Source: an uncultured Atribacterota bacterium (GTDB lineage: Bacteria > Atribacterota > Phoenicimicrobiia > Phoenicimicrobiales > Stramentimicrobiaceae). From it: a stretch of 64,000 bases of DNA. The stretch is taken from assembly GCA_964433555.1 (NCBI GenBank), contig CAYSRG010000006.1, positions 11,520 through 75,519 on the forward strand, written 5' to 3'. Of this stretch, positions 1 through 12,282 are shown in pieces. Under the pieces are notes generated by a model, which was not told the origin of the DNA, did not search any database, and saw only the letters and a program-made list of their open reading frames with translations. The position numbers were made by a program, and so were the translations under genes. The first letter of the stretch is position 1; each line of letters starts with the position of its first letter.

Positions 1-1213
1 CTAAACCAGCTTCAATGTTATGTCTTAAAGAAAGGGCAACTCCTTCCAGAATTGCACGGTAGATATGGTTCCTGGTATGATATAAGGTTAAACCAATTAT
101 AGTTCCTTTAGCATCAGGGTCCCAGATGGGTGAACGCTCACCCATAAAATATGGTAATAATAAGAGCCCTTCTGAACCGGGAGTAATTTTCTCAGCTTCT
201 TTATCCATAAGCTGATATGCTGAGATATTCAATTCTTTTTCGGCAGACATCTCCTTTTCTCCGAATTGATCCCGAAACCATCTGACAATACCTCCGGCGG
301 TTGCAGCTCCCCCAAAAGTATAAATCATCTCATCGTCATAAGCTACATAGGGAAAACTAACTAATTTTGGAGATAGGTGCTGTCCTTTATGTACCACTCC
401 CCAGCATATGGAAGTACCAGCCATAGCTACATGGCTTTTTTCTTCAAGGACTCCAGCACTTAAAGAAGCTACCGGCGCATCTATTCCACCAGCAATTACC
501 GGTGTTCCTTCTAGTAAACCACATAACTGCGAAGCTCCTCGGGAAACTTTGCCAATAATATCAGCAGATTTTACTATCTGTTGGGGCAACATTGACTTGG
601 GAATACCAAGTATATTACACATTTCCTCAGACCAGATTCTCTTTTTTATATCAAATATCCCACCAATATTTCCTGCTGAAGAAAAATCTATAATATTCTC
701 TCCAGTCAATTTATATATGACATAATCCTTGGGAGTTATAAATTGAAAGATTTTTTTCCAGTTATCTGGCTCATTATTCCTAATCCACATCATCTTAGTA
801 AATCCATAATAGGAATCGACATAATTTCCGGTGATATTAAAGATTTTGTTTTTATCCACATTATCCTTTACCCACTGAACTTCTTCAGTTGCACGTCGAT
901 CCATCCAGATAAGACAGGGTCTTATAGGCTCTATCGCCTCATTAACCGGTATACCAGAACCACCGTATAATCCACTCAAGGCAATCCCGGCAATCCCGGC
1001 TGGTTTTACTCTGGACTTCTCTAAAGTCTTACTTATAGTCTCAAAGGTTGCCTTTACCCATACATCAGGCCATTGCTCAGCCCAGGTCGGTTTCGGTTTG
1101 AGGACATCGTACTCTGAAAATGCTGATGAAATTATCTGGCCATCAGGATTCACCATTACTGTTTTAGTACCCTGTGTACCAATATCAGTTCCCAACAGAA
1201 ACTGGCTTGACAT
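1..1213 (-). CDS. FGGY-family carbohydrate kinase (xylulokinase-like; probable L-ribulokinase of the arabinose locus), C-terminus cut by the window edge
   Basis: Absent from the ORF track because it runs off the edge. My minus-strand translation starts at ATG 1213 (MSSQFLLGTDIGTQGTKTVMVNPDG), 6 nt after GGAGA. It stays in frame to base 2 (..DPDAKGTIIGLTLYHTRNHIYRAILEGVALSLRHNIEAGL). Both ends look like FGGY kinases. Plus-strand ORFs 408-725 and 743-970 are its shadows. Confidence 0.8.
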   Translation of the reverse strand, partial: MSSQFLLGTDIGTQGTKTVMVNPDGQIISSAFSEYDVLKPKPTWAEQWPDVWVKATFETISKTLEKSRVKPAGIAGIALSGLYGGSGIPVNEAIEPIRPCLIWMDRRATEEVQWVKDNVDKNKIFNITGNYVDSYYGFTKMMWIRNNEPDNWKKIFQFITPKDYVIYKLTGENIIDFSSAGNIGGIFDIKKRIWSEEMCNILGIPKSMLPQQIVKSADIIGKVSRGASQLCGLLEGTPVIAGGIDAPVASLSAGVLEEKSHVAMAGTSICWGVVHKGQHLSPKLVSFPYVAYDDEMIYTFGGAATAGGIVRWFRDQFGEKEMSAEKELNISAYQLMDKEAEKITPGSEGLLLLPYFMGERSPIWDPDAKGTIIGLTLYHTRNHIYRAILEGVALSLRHNIEAGL

Positions 1214-1216
1214 CTT

Positions 1217-1867
1217 TTATCTCCTTTTCTGTCCATATTTTTCTGTATAATTTTTATGAAGTGTTTTCACTATATCTCCTGGAATAATTTGTGGTTCTCC
1301 CAGAATTTTAGCCATAATTATAACTTTGGCCGCTTCTTCTAAAAAGATAGCTGCCTGCAAGGATTCTTTAATATCTTTCCCAATAGTAAACGGACCGTGA
1401 TTTTTCATAATTATGGCTTTGGAATTTCCTATTTTGTTTATAATTTCTTTACCAATCTCTTCTTCTCCAATTAATACCAGTTCACCGAGTGGTATCTTGC
1501 CTCCAAAAAAATCAGCCATAGCAGTAAGATAGACAGGGATTTCCATACCAACAGTTGCAAAGGCACTGGCATAAGTAGAATGAGTATGGATTACTGAATT
1601 TACCTCAGGCATATGTTTATATACATAAAGATGGGTAGCCAAATCTACTGAGGGTTTCAAGGATCCTTCAATGATATTACCGTTTAAATCAACTACTACT
1701 AAATTGGAAGGTGATAAGTCTTTATAAGATACTCCACTGGGTTTAATAACAACAAAATCAGTTTCTGAATCTCGCGCACTTACATTTCCGGAAGTCCACA
1801 TCACCAATTTGTTATCCCATAGATTGATATGAGCTTCATATACTGCTTTTTTTAAACTTTCCAGCAT
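1217..1867 (-). CDS. araD: L-ribulose-5-phosphate 4-epimerase (class II aldolase/adducin family)
   Basis: 216 aa with the class II aldolase fold signature (..WTSGNVSARD.., ..IHTHSTYA..). It sits between the kinase and the AraR-type regulator. An L-fuculose-P aldolase cannot be excluded from sequence alone. Confidence 0.7.
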   Translation of the reverse strand: MLESLKKAVYEAHINLWDNKLVMWTSGNVSARDSETDFVVIKPSGVSYKDLSPSNLVVVDLNGNIIEGSLKPSVDLATHLYVYKHMPEVNSVIHTHSTYASAFATVGMEIPVYLTAMADFFGGKIPLGELVLIGEEEIGKEIINKIGNSKAIIMKNHGPFTIGKDIKESLQAAIFLEEAAKVIIMAKILGEPQIIPGDIVKTLHKNYTEKYGQKRR

Positions 1868-1978
1868 ATTTTATTCATCTCCCTCCCCAGCATATAGATT
1901 ATTCTTTTCCAAATAAAATTTCTATTTTTGATTACTCCAGATTAGAAATTACATATGTGCAATTCTCTTCAATTTAAT

Positions 1979-3082
1979 TTATTTAGTTCTGCTCAGCTCT
2001 GGTGAAACCGAAGCACATGAACTTCTGATTATAAGTTCAGGCTGATAGATAAATGATGGTTTATCCTCTTTGCCTTCAATCATATCTACAATCATACGTG
2101 CAACTCGTTTACCCATCTCATCTTTTGGGTGGTTTATGGTGGTTAATTTAACTTCAGTTGCTACCGCCAAATTTGAATTGTCATATCCCACTACCGAAAT
2201 ATCAACAGGTATTTTCAGGTTACTACGGCGTATAGCTTCAATAACCTGAATAGTTATCTGATCATTATAGCATACGATAGCGGTAGGACGGTTCTTTTTT
2301 CTCAATAAATTCATGGAAAAGTGGAAGGGATAAGAAAACAACTGTTCAGTATTATAGTTACCTAAATACTCATTATTAATAGAAATATTATATTCCTTTA
2401 AAGCAGATAGGAATCCCCTCTGTCTTCTTACTCCCTGTAAATCATCAGAGAGAAATATACCGGCAATATTCCTATGGCCTAATTCTAATAAATATTTAGT
2501 GGCAAGATAACCGCCTTTTTCATCATCCATTATTATATAAGCAGAATCAAGATCAGGGTAAGTTGCATGCAGAAAGATGCATGGTACACCACGTTGCTCC
2601 AGCTCCTGAAAGTACTTCAAATTTACATTAGGTCTAGCACTTTTCGTTGGTTCCACAATCAATCCTGAGATATCCTGTTCCAATAATCTCTTCATGCATT
2701 CTTCTTCCCTTTGTTTATCATTACCCGTACTGGCTATACTGAAGGAAAACCCTGATTCACATAGGATTTCTTCAATACCCCTGATGATGTATGGAAAAAT
2801 ATAATTGGAAATATAGGTAGTTAACACCGCTATTCTTCTCTCTTTCTTGCTCCCCCGATAAGCACAAAAAGTACCTTTACCCTGTTCTTTATATATCAAT
2901 CCTTCATTTTCCAGTTCACTAAAAGCATGGCGTACGGTGTGCCTGCTTATCTTAAATTGCCGGATAAGTTCACTTTCGGAAGGTAATTTTTGTTTGGGTA
3001 AAACGCCTCCACTTTGAATCATATCCTTTAGATATTCTTTTAGTTGATAATATTTTGGTATAAATTGATCATTTCTCTCCAT
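1979..3082 (-). CDS. araR: AraR-type transcriptional repressor (N-terminal GntR wHTH plus C-terminal LacI/PBP1-like sugar-binding domain)
   Basis: N-terminus KLPSESELIRQFKISRHTVRHAFSELENEGLIYKEQGKGTF is a GntR HTH. The remaining ~290 aa resemble a periplasmic-binding-protein type 1 effector domain. The gene is embedded in arabinose genes. Confidence 0.75.
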   Translation of the reverse strand: MERNDQFIPKYYQLKEYLKDMIQSGGVLPKQKLPSESELIRQFKISRHTVRHAFSELENEGLIYKEQGKGTFCAYRGSKKERRIAVLTTYISNYIFPYIIRGIEEILCESGFSFSIASTGNDKQREEECMKRLLEQDISGLIVEPTKSARPNVNLKYFQELEQRGVPCIFLHATYPDLDSAYIIMDDEKGGYLATKYLLELGHRNIAGIFLSDDLQGVRRQRGFLSALKEYNISINNEYLGNYNTEQLFSYPFHFSMNLLRKKNRPTAIVCYNDQITIQVIEAIRRSNLKIPVDISVVGYDNSNLAVATEVKLTTINHPKDEMGKRVARMIVDMIEGKEDKPSFIYQPELIIRSSCASVSPELSRTK

Positions 3083-3146
3083 AAGTGTACTACTCCACTA
3101 CTCAACACGAATTAAGGTTAACTTAAACAGTACCTTCATAGCATAT

Positions 3147-4628
3147 TTATCTAAATGGATTTTCTTTTTTATAAAGTAGATATTCAGGCTGATTATAAGA
3201 AATATCCTCAATTTGCAACATCTTCATAGCTTCAAATAAAATTTTACCAGTATGCTTGAATGCTACTGCAGTATGATGAGGAAATCTTTTTTCAATAAGT
3301 ATATGTCGATAAAATCTAGCCATCTCTTTTACCGCAAATACAGCAATGCAACCAAAAGATTTTGGATTTATGTCCAGAACTTCTCCTTCAGCTAGGTAAC
3401 TTTTTAGTTCACAACTGGCAGTCCCCTGTAATCTAAAGAGAGTAATTCTTCCTGGTCTTATTGTTCCTTCCAGAGTCCCCCTGGTTATATCAGGCTCTTT
3501 ATCCTTCTCCAGTAACCTGTGCATTATTAATTGATATTTTAATTCAGCATCCTTTAAAAAACAAGAAGGGGCATTGCCACAGTGAAATCCCATAAATAAA
3601 TCATTTAATCTGTAGTCTTTTACTTGATCCTTATTTTCTTCATAAATATCTTTAGGTACAGTATTATTTATATCTAATAAAGCTGGCGGTAACTTAGTAG
3701 CAACAGTAATGATATATTCACTTAAGGCACCATATATATCAGTCTCACAAGCTATTGGTATTCCTCTGGAAGCAAACCGAGAATTAACATAACAGGGCAC
3801 GAATCCAAATTGGGTCTGGAAAGCTGGCCAGCACTTATTGGCAAATGCCACAAATTTAGATGCACCAATATTATGCTCCAGCCAATCTTTTAAAGTAAGT
3901 TCATACTGTGCTAATTTAAAAAGCAATTCGGGATATTTATTCCCTTTATTTAATTCCTCTTCCATTTCCTGAATAATTGCAGGTATCCTAGAATCATCTT
4001 TGTGCTTATTAAAAGCCTCAAAAAGATCTAATTCTGAATTTTCCATTACCTCTATTCCTAACTTATAGAGAGGTTTTATGGGTGCATTACAAGCTAAAAA
4101 ATCATAAGGCCTGGGACCAAAACTAATTATTTTTAGTTTTTTTAGGCTAAGGATTATTCGAGCAATATTTTCAAAGTCTGAAATCATATCAGCAACATCA
4201 CTAGCTAAACCAACAGGATACTCAGGAACATATAGATATATTTCTCTGAGTCCCATATTGTAAGAGGCACTTAACATACCACAAAAGGCATCACCACGAC
4301 CTCCTATCAAATTCTCTCCAGTCTCTTCTGCTGCTGCAACAAACATAACAGGTTTTGCAAATTTCTGAGCCAGCATTGTTTCTGGCCCCTCAGGTCCGAA
4401 ATTGCCAAGATAAATTACCAATGCATTAATATTTTTCTCTTTTAATTCAGTTAAAACAGCCAGGACATCCCTTTCGTTCTCTACCGCTTTTTCAATACCG
4501 GTAATGCTTATATTTTTATTTTGGCATGCTTTTAGGAGCAAATTTTTTCTATTGCGACTGAGTTCAATGGGGAAACAATCACGACTTACTGCAACCACCG
4601 CTAATTTAACTTCAGAAAAATTAACCAT
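3147..4628 (-). CDS. L-fucose/L-arabinose isomerase family protein (candidate non-canonical L-arabinose isomerase)
   Basis: 493 aa. The C-terminal half (..ACETDIYGALSEYI.., ..FPHHTAVAFKH..) resembles the FucI/AraA-type sugar isomerase C-domain. It does not look like canonical E. coli-type AraA at the N-terminus. The context is an ara locus. Confidence 0.6.
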   Translation of the reverse strand: MVNFSEVKLAVVAVSRDCFPIELSRNRKNLLLKACQNKNISITGIEKAVENERDVLAVLTELKEKNINALVIYLGNFGPEGPETMLAQKFAKPVMFVAAAEETGENLIGGRGDAFCGMLSASYNMGLREIYLYVPEYPVGLASDVADMISDFENIARIILSLKKLKIISFGPRPYDFLACNAPIKPLYKLGIEVMENSELDLFEAFNKHKDDSRIPAIIQEMEEELNKGNKYPELLFKLAQYELTLKDWLEHNIGASKFVAFANKCWPAFQTQFGFVPCYVNSRFASRGIPIACETDIYGALSEYIITVATKLPPALLDINNTVPKDIYEENKDQVKDYRLNDLFMGFHCGNAPSCFLKDAELKYQLIMHRLLEKDKEPDITRGTLEGTIRPGRITLFRLQGTASCELKSYLAEGEVLDINPKSFGCIAVFAVKEMARFYRHILIEKRFPHHTAVAFKHTGKILFEAMKMLQIEDISYNQPEYLLYKKENPFR

Positions 4629-4730
4629 TATCGTCCTCCTTAATATATTTTATTTGTAGTATTTTCGAAAACTGTTTACACCTTAGAGTAAATTCATCTG
4701 AAAAAATAAATTCTCAAAACCACAATACTT

Positions 4731-5708
4731 TTAACTCCCTTTTCTTCTCTTTGACAGGGTATGAATAATAATTGATACTATAATTAAAATACCGCAAACA
4801 AATTGTGTCCAGAAACCAGATAATCCTGCCGCAACAATTCCTGCTTCCAGTGAACCAATAATAAAAGCCCCAATAAAAGTACCCTCAATACTTGCTTCAC
4901 CGCCAAACATAGAAGTACCGCCAACAAAAACAGCAGCCATTACCATCATTAAGTATCCTTCTCCCATGGTAGGCCACCAGGTTCTCATCCGATAACAGCT
5001 GACTATTCCGGCAAATGAGGCCACAACTGACATTAAGATAAATACCATGGTCTTCATTCTGTTAACATTTACTCCCATCATCCTGGCAGCTTCCTGGTTA
5101 TCTCCTATAAATAATGCCTGTTCACCAAATTTATGCCTTAAAAGCAAAAAATAGAAAAATATTGCTAATCCCAAAAGCCAAATTGCCTGGACTGGTATAA
5201 CCCATAACCTCTCTGCAAATATTTTATAGGAAGAAGTAGTATCCAGAGCAACTCTTTTAGCTAAACCACTAGAGATGATATTACTAAAACCTCTAATTAA
5301 AAACTGCATTCCCAGGGTAGCTACAATAGAAGGAATGCCTATCAAGGTAATTAATGAACCGTTAATAAATCCTACTATTGCTCCTGATAAAAGACCAACT
5401 AGAAAGGCTAAAATAACACTATTAGTAGCCTCAAATGTGACAGCAAAAATATATCCGGAAAGAGCCATGACAGAAGGAAAGGAGAGGTCAATCTCGCCCA
5501 TAGCCAGAACAAATGTTAAACCAAGAGCCATAAAACCCATTATAGGAACTGTAGATAAGAAAGCTTGATATATCCTACCTTTTAAGAAAACCTCGGGACT
5601 GGTAATCATAAATAAACCAAAAATACTGATAGCCATTATTATTAAAGCTATCTGTGACTTATACCTGGTAGTACTCTTTGCTTTGGAATTATTATATAAA
5701 TTGTTCAT
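4731..5708 (-). CDS. Sugar ABC transporter permease (CUT2/RbsC-type)
   Basis: Multi-TM protein of the ribose/xylose permease type. I prefer ATG 5708 (MNNLYNNSK..), 1 nt after the ATPase stop (TAAgATG), over the GTG at 5726 used in the track. Confidence 0.8.
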   Translation of the reverse strand: MNNLYNNSKAKSTTRYKSQIALIIMAISIFGLFMITSPEVFLKGRIYQAFLSTVPIMGFMALGLTFVLAMGEIDLSFPSVMALSGYIFAVTFEATNSVILAFLVGLLSGAIVGFINGSLITLIGIPSIVATLGMQFLIRGFSNIISSGLAKRVALDTTSSYKIFAERLWVIPVQAIWLLGLAIFFYFLLLRHKFGEQALFIGDNQEAARMMGVNVNRMKTMVFILMSVVASFAGIVSCYRMRTWWPTMGEGYLMMVMAAVFVGGTSMFGGEASIEGTFIGAFIIGSLEAGIVAAGLSGFWTQFVCGILIIVSIIIHTLSKRRKGS

Positions 5709-5709
5709 C

Positions 5710-6492
5710 TTACAATTTCCTTCCACTCTGGCTGACAGGTTTACCCTGTTCAGTATGTCTAATCATTTCCTCACTTAATTCATGCAAAGATATTTCTTTA
5801 CGTTGATAAGTACCAACAATTTTCCCCCTATCAATTAACACAAAGCGGTCTGAAACAGGATAAATATTGGCAATATTATGAGATATATAAATACAGGATT
5901 TTCCTTTATTCTTTATATCCTGAATAAACTTCAGGACTTTGTTTACTTCTTGCAATGATAAAGCCATAGTTGGTTCATCAAGAATAACAAGATCTGCCTC
6001 AAAGTACATTGCTCTGGAGATTGCAACTCCTTCTCTTTCACCACCAGATAAAGTTCTTATAGCTGAATCAGCATCAGCTCCTATACCCCTAAAACCCATA
6101 AAAACACGCATTATTTTATTTGTCTCTTCTTTTTCTTTTCTTATATCAATAAAGCCTAATTTATTGGTAATTTGCCTGCCAATAAAAATGTTTCTCCATA
6201 AGGTCTGTTTTTCAGCTAACGCTTTTTCCTGATATACAGTCTCCACACCCAGACTGTGAGCAATTTTCACTGAATACCTTCTGGGATTAATTTTTATCCC
6301 CTTAATATACATCTCACCTTTATCAAAAGAGTGTACTCCAGAAATAATTTTAATTAAGGTTGATTTTCCTGCACCATTGTCCCCCAAAAGGCCTACTACT
6401 TCATTATAGCCAACCTTAAAATCAATACCTTTTAGAGCAACAACTCCATCAAAAGATTTATAAATATTTTTCATTTCAAGTAATTTTTCCAT
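5710..6492 (-). CDS. Sugar ABC transporter ATP-binding protein (single-cassette, 260 aa)
   Basis: Walker A GDNGAGKST, signature LSGGEREG, Walker B LVILDEPT. GGAAGGAG lies 8 nt upstream of the ATG. Confidence 0.85.
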   Translation of the reverse strand: MEKLLEMKNIYKSFDGVVALKGIDFKVGYNEVVGLLGDNGAGKSTLIKIISGVHSFDKGEMYIKGIKINPRRYSVKIAHSLGVETVYQEKALAEKQTLWRNIFIGRQITNKLGFIDIRKEKEETNKIMRVFMGFRGIGADADSAIRTLSGGEREGVAISRAMYFEADLVILDEPTMALSLQEVNKVLKFIQDIKNKGKSCIYISHNIANIYPVSDRFVLIDRGKIVGTYQRKEISLHELSEEMIRHTEQGKPVSQSGRKL

Positions 6493-6539
6493 TTGTTTGC
6501 CACTCCTTCCTTTGACCCGATAGAGTTATCCTATTTGTT

Positions 6540-6574
6540 ATCTTGCAGGAAGATCTTCCTTCTTCCTGCAAGAT
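6540..6574 (-). promoter_or_regulatory. Intercistronic stem-loop just downstream of the binding-protein gene
   Basis: ATCTTGCAGGAAGA / TCTTCCTGCAAGAT is a perfect 14-bp stem with a 7-nt loop, 16 nt after the stop at 6590. No U-tract follows. Confidence 0.6.
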
Positions 6575-6589
6575 ATTATCTAAAATTAG

Positions 6590-7585
6590 TTACCTTATTC
6601 CTTTATCAGCTAATGGAGCTACTATATCAATGTTGTCCTTACTGATTAGGCCACCACCAGTATCAATATGCAGTCCTGAGAAGCCATACATCTTAGTTAA
6701 ATAGATTTGCATAACTGGCAGAAAGCCCTGTAAGAATGGTTGTTGATCTAATACTAAATCAGTATAACCGGTTTTTATGCTTTCTACCACTGGCGCGGAT
6801 AAGTCGAAGCCAGCTCCAAAAATATCATCAGGGCCTAAGCCGGCTGTCTCAAAATAAACCCGTTGTGAAGAGGTTAAATTCCCATGGTCAGTTACTACTA
6901 CTTTACAATCGGGATTAGCCTGTAAATAACCGGCAATTACCGGTATACCAGTAGCAGCATCTTTATCCACCTCAGCTGAGATTTCTATATAATCAACCTT
7001 CACTCCTATCTCTTCGAAAGCATCAATAACGCCTTTGGTCCTCAATCCTCGGGTTGGTTGTGATAATAAACCCCAAACAAGTGCCCTATCCCCTTCTTTT
7101 AAGCCAGCCCTTGGAATGGTGCCTGTACCGAGAGTATATCCAGATTCATAAAGTTCCTGACCCACATATCCAAATCCATTTGCAGCATAGGCTTTCTCTA
7201 GTTCAGGTAAGGTAGTGTTCTGGCTAGTAACAATAATTCCCTGCTTCTGTGCTTCTTCCACAAATGGTCGATAGGCTTCATCTCCAGGATGTCCCATAAT
7301 AGCAATTCCATCAGGATTAGCTGCTACAGCCTGTTGAAATTGGTCTACCATCTTTTCTGGACTCCAGTCAGACCACACATATCTTATTTCCACCTTATCC
7401 CCTAATATTTCAGCAGCTGCTACCGCACCGTTGTAAACAACAGTGCCAAAGGTGCATCCTGGGGAACCACCCGGGAAAAAGTAAATCACTATAGTTCCCT
7501 CAGTTTGTTGTGCTATTACAGGTAAGTTTAAAAAAACTGCACTAACCAACACCAGTAATACTAAAAAGTAAATTTTCCTTAACAT
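6590..7585 (-). CDS. Sugar ABC transporter substrate-binding protein (PBP1 type), secreted
   Basis: Signal peptide MLRKIYFLVLLVLVSAVFLNLPVIAQQ. I prefer ATG 7585 (AAGGAGAAAAAAATG) over the 17-codon upstream extension in the track. Confidence 0.8.
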   Translation of the reverse strand: MLRKIYFLVLLVLVSAVFLNLPVIAQQTEGTIVIYFFPGGSPGCTFGTVVYNGAVAAAEILGDKVEIRYVWSDWSPEKMVDQFQQAVAANPDGIAIMGHPGDEAYRPFVEEAQKQGIIVTSQNTTLPELEKAYAANGFGYVGQELYESGYTLGTGTIPRAGLKEGDRALVWGLLSQPTRGLRTKGVIDAFEEIGVKVDYIEISAEVDKDAATGIPVIAGYLQANPDCKVVVTDHGNLTSSQRVYFETAGLGPDDIFGAGFDLSAPVVESIKTGYTDLVLDQQPFLQGFLPVMQIYLTKMYGFSGLHIDTGGGLISKDNIDIVAPLADKGIR

Positions 7586-7726
7586 TTTTTTCTCCTTCTT
7601 ATATAAAATATTTTTTGCAACAAAACAAATTTTCATCTTGCTTTAATAAGCACTCTATTAGATAAGCTTTTCACCTCCTTTCCCAGTAAAATTACCCACA
7701 TCTTGAGCAGATATTTTCTGATTAAA

Positions 7727-10341
<2,615 letters not shown>

Positions 10342-10403
10342 TTTAGATAAATTATTATAATTATTATAATTATACCTATCTTGGGAGAGAACATGCCATA
10401 TAA

Positions 10404-11261
10404 TTACTGTTTAACGCCCCCAGCTGTCAAACCTTCAATAAATGCCTTTTGATTCATAAAAAAGAGCACAGCAACTGGGATTACCGAAATAACTGCACCG
10501 GGCATAATCATATCATAAGAATTTCCATAGGGAGTAAGAAGCGACATAAGACCAATCGGTAAAGTCAGTTTATCAGAAGACCTTAACACAACCAAAGGCC
10601 ATACAAAAGTATTCCAGCTTGTTAAAGCCATTAGTATAGTCATTGCACCGAAAGCTGGTTTCATTAGTGGAACAACTATTTTAAAAAATATCCTGAATTC
10701 ACCACAACCGTCAACCCGAGCAGCCTCTATTAAATCTCTTGGAATTCCCATAGCATACTGCCTGAAAAAGAAAATCGCAAATGGTGAAACTGCAAATGGT
10801 AAAACAACACCCAGATAGGTATTCATCAGTTTCAATTCAATCATCAATCTATATAGCGGAAGTAATAATATTTCTAACGGAACCATCATCACCAGCAATA
10901 CCAGCAAAAAAAGAAATCTTCTCCCTCGAAACTTATAAACAGCAAGTCCGTAACCAACCAAAGATGAAAAAAATACTGAAAATGAGGTATAAATCGCCGT
11001 AATAATCAGGCTGTTTTTAAACCAGCTTAGATATCTATTATCTTCAAAAAATAATATCCTATAATTATTTAAAGTCATGATATCAAAATCTATTTCTAAG
11101 GTAAGCCCTTTTCGGAGCATTTCCTGACCTGGCTTAAATGAAGTAATTACCATGAAAAAAAATGGAGCTAGATAAAGTAAGCAAATAAAAACTAATACTG
11201 CCAATGATAGGTAAAATCCAGTTTTATTTTGCCTTGTCCTATTCTGATATTTATATTCCAT
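10404..11261 (-). CDS. Carbohydrate ABC transporter permease (CUT1, MalG-like)
   Basis: 6-TM permease with an EAA-like loop (..IEAARVDGCGEFRIFFKIVVPL..). ATG 11261 lies 5 nt after the upstream stop and is preferred over TTG 11288. Confidence 0.8.
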   Translation of the reverse strand: MEYKYQNRTRQNKTGFYLSLAVLVFICLLYLAPFFFMVITSFKPGQEMLRKGLTLEIDFDIMTLNNYRILFFEDNRYLSWFKNSLIITAIYTSFSVFFSSLVGYGLAVYKFRGRRFLFLLVLLVMMVPLEILLLPLYRLMIELKLMNTYLGVVLPFAVSPFAIFFFRQYAMGIPRDLIEAARVDGCGEFRIFFKIVVPLMKPAFGAMTILMALTSWNTFVWPLVVLRSSDKLTLPIGLMSLLTPYGNSYDMIMPGAVISVIPVAVLFFMNQKAFIEGLTAGGVKQ

Positions 11262-11265
11262 TATT

Positions 11266-12165
11266 CTAGCTCTCTTTAAAAAATCCAAATATCTTTAACT
11301 GAATAAGATTAACTGTCATAATGATTATGAGCAAGGTAATGCCAATAGCTGAGGCAAAACCAAAATTATTATAATTAAATCCAGTTTGATAGATATAAGC
11401 TACCAGGGTTAAACCAATATCTCCCGGAGACCTGGAAGTCCAGTAAGCAAAGCTTTCTGCAAACATAGAAAATCCACCGAATACACTGATTGTGGTGACA
11501 AAAATAATAACCGGTTTCAATGACGGTACAGTTATATGAAAAAATTTCTGTAAACCATTTGCTCCATCAATATCTGCTGATTCATACAATTCGTTAGGAA
11601 TTCCCTGAAGACCAGCTAGAAAGTATATTATATTAACCCCAGTCCATCTCCACACACATAAGACAACCATTGCCAGCATACCAGTCCATTTTCCCTGCAA
11701 CCAAACTGCTGGCTCCAATCCAAACCAGCCAATAATATTATTAAATAATGCAGTGGGCTGAGTACCAAAAGCAAACCTGAAAAACATGCCACCTACTATT
11801 ACTGAAGTTAGAGCAGGCATGAACAATGTTGACCTGAACATATTACGTCCCGGTAAATTTTTATTATTTAATAATACTGCCAAAACTAATGGAAGAGGAA
11901 TTAATATAGCTATTGTAAGAAATGTATAGGTGAAACTTACTCTTAAAGCATTGTAATAATGAGGATTCAATAAATTCCTGTAATTTTTAAATCCGACGAA
12001 GGTTACATCTCTAAATCCTGCTATATCCTGAAAACTCATGATTATAGCAGAAATAATTGGATATAAAAAAAATAATAAAAAGGTAATTATAAAAGGTAAA
12101 ACAAAAATATAAGGAATTACTGTTAAAGAATTTATGGTATTATGGGTTTTCTTAATCATATGCAT
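11266..12165 (-). CDS. Carbohydrate ABC transporter permease (CUT1, MalF-like)
   Basis: ..ESADIDGANGLQKFFHITVPSL.. EAA loop and a multi-TM profile. Confidence 0.8.
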   Translation of the reverse strand: MHMIKKTHNTINSLTVIPYIFVLPFIITFLLFFLYPIISAIIMSFQDIAGFRDVTFVGFKNYRNLLNPHYYNALRVSFTYTFLTIAILIPLPLVLAVLLNNKNLPGRNMFRSTLFMPALTSVIVGGMFFRFAFGTQPTALFNNIIGWFGLEPAVWLQGKWTGMLAMVVLCVWRWTGVNIIYFLAGLQGIPNELYESADIDGANGLQKFFHITVPSLKPVIIFVTTISVFGGFSMFAESFAYWTSRSPGDIGLTLVAYIYQTGFNYNNFGFASAIGITLLIIIMTVNLIQLKIFGFFKES

Positions 12166-12215
12166 TTAAACCACCAGACGTTCATAGAATTAAAAATCAT
12201 GAACTCCTTTTATGT

Positions 12216-12257
12216 GCAGGGTTATAAACATCCCTGCACATAAAAGGCAACAGTCAA
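12216..12257 (-). promoter_or_regulatory. Intercistronic stem-loop downstream of the binding-protein gene (attenuator/mRNA stabiliser candidate)
   Basis: CCTTTTATGTGCAGGG / CCCTGCACATAAAAGG is a perfect 16-bp stem with a 10-nt loop, 26 nt after the stop at 12283. Confidence 0.6.
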
Positions 12258-12282
12258 AATTGTTAGAGATTTAACTGTTCTT

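Noticed and set aside
408-970. Plus-strand ORFs 408-725 and 743-970
   Set aside because: They lie entirely antisense to a continuous minus-strand FGGY kinase frame with clear family motifs. They have low-complexity, Ile/Pro-rich composition and no SD. They are shadow ORFs.
4661-4670. Perfect 10-bp palindrome TTTTCGAAAA about 30 nt upstream of the isomerase start, as a cre or CodY box
   Set aside because: It does not fit the cre consensus (TGNAANCGNWNNCA) and lacks the central base and flanks of the CodY box (AATTTTCWGAAAATT). Short A/T palindromes are frequent in DNA of this composition.
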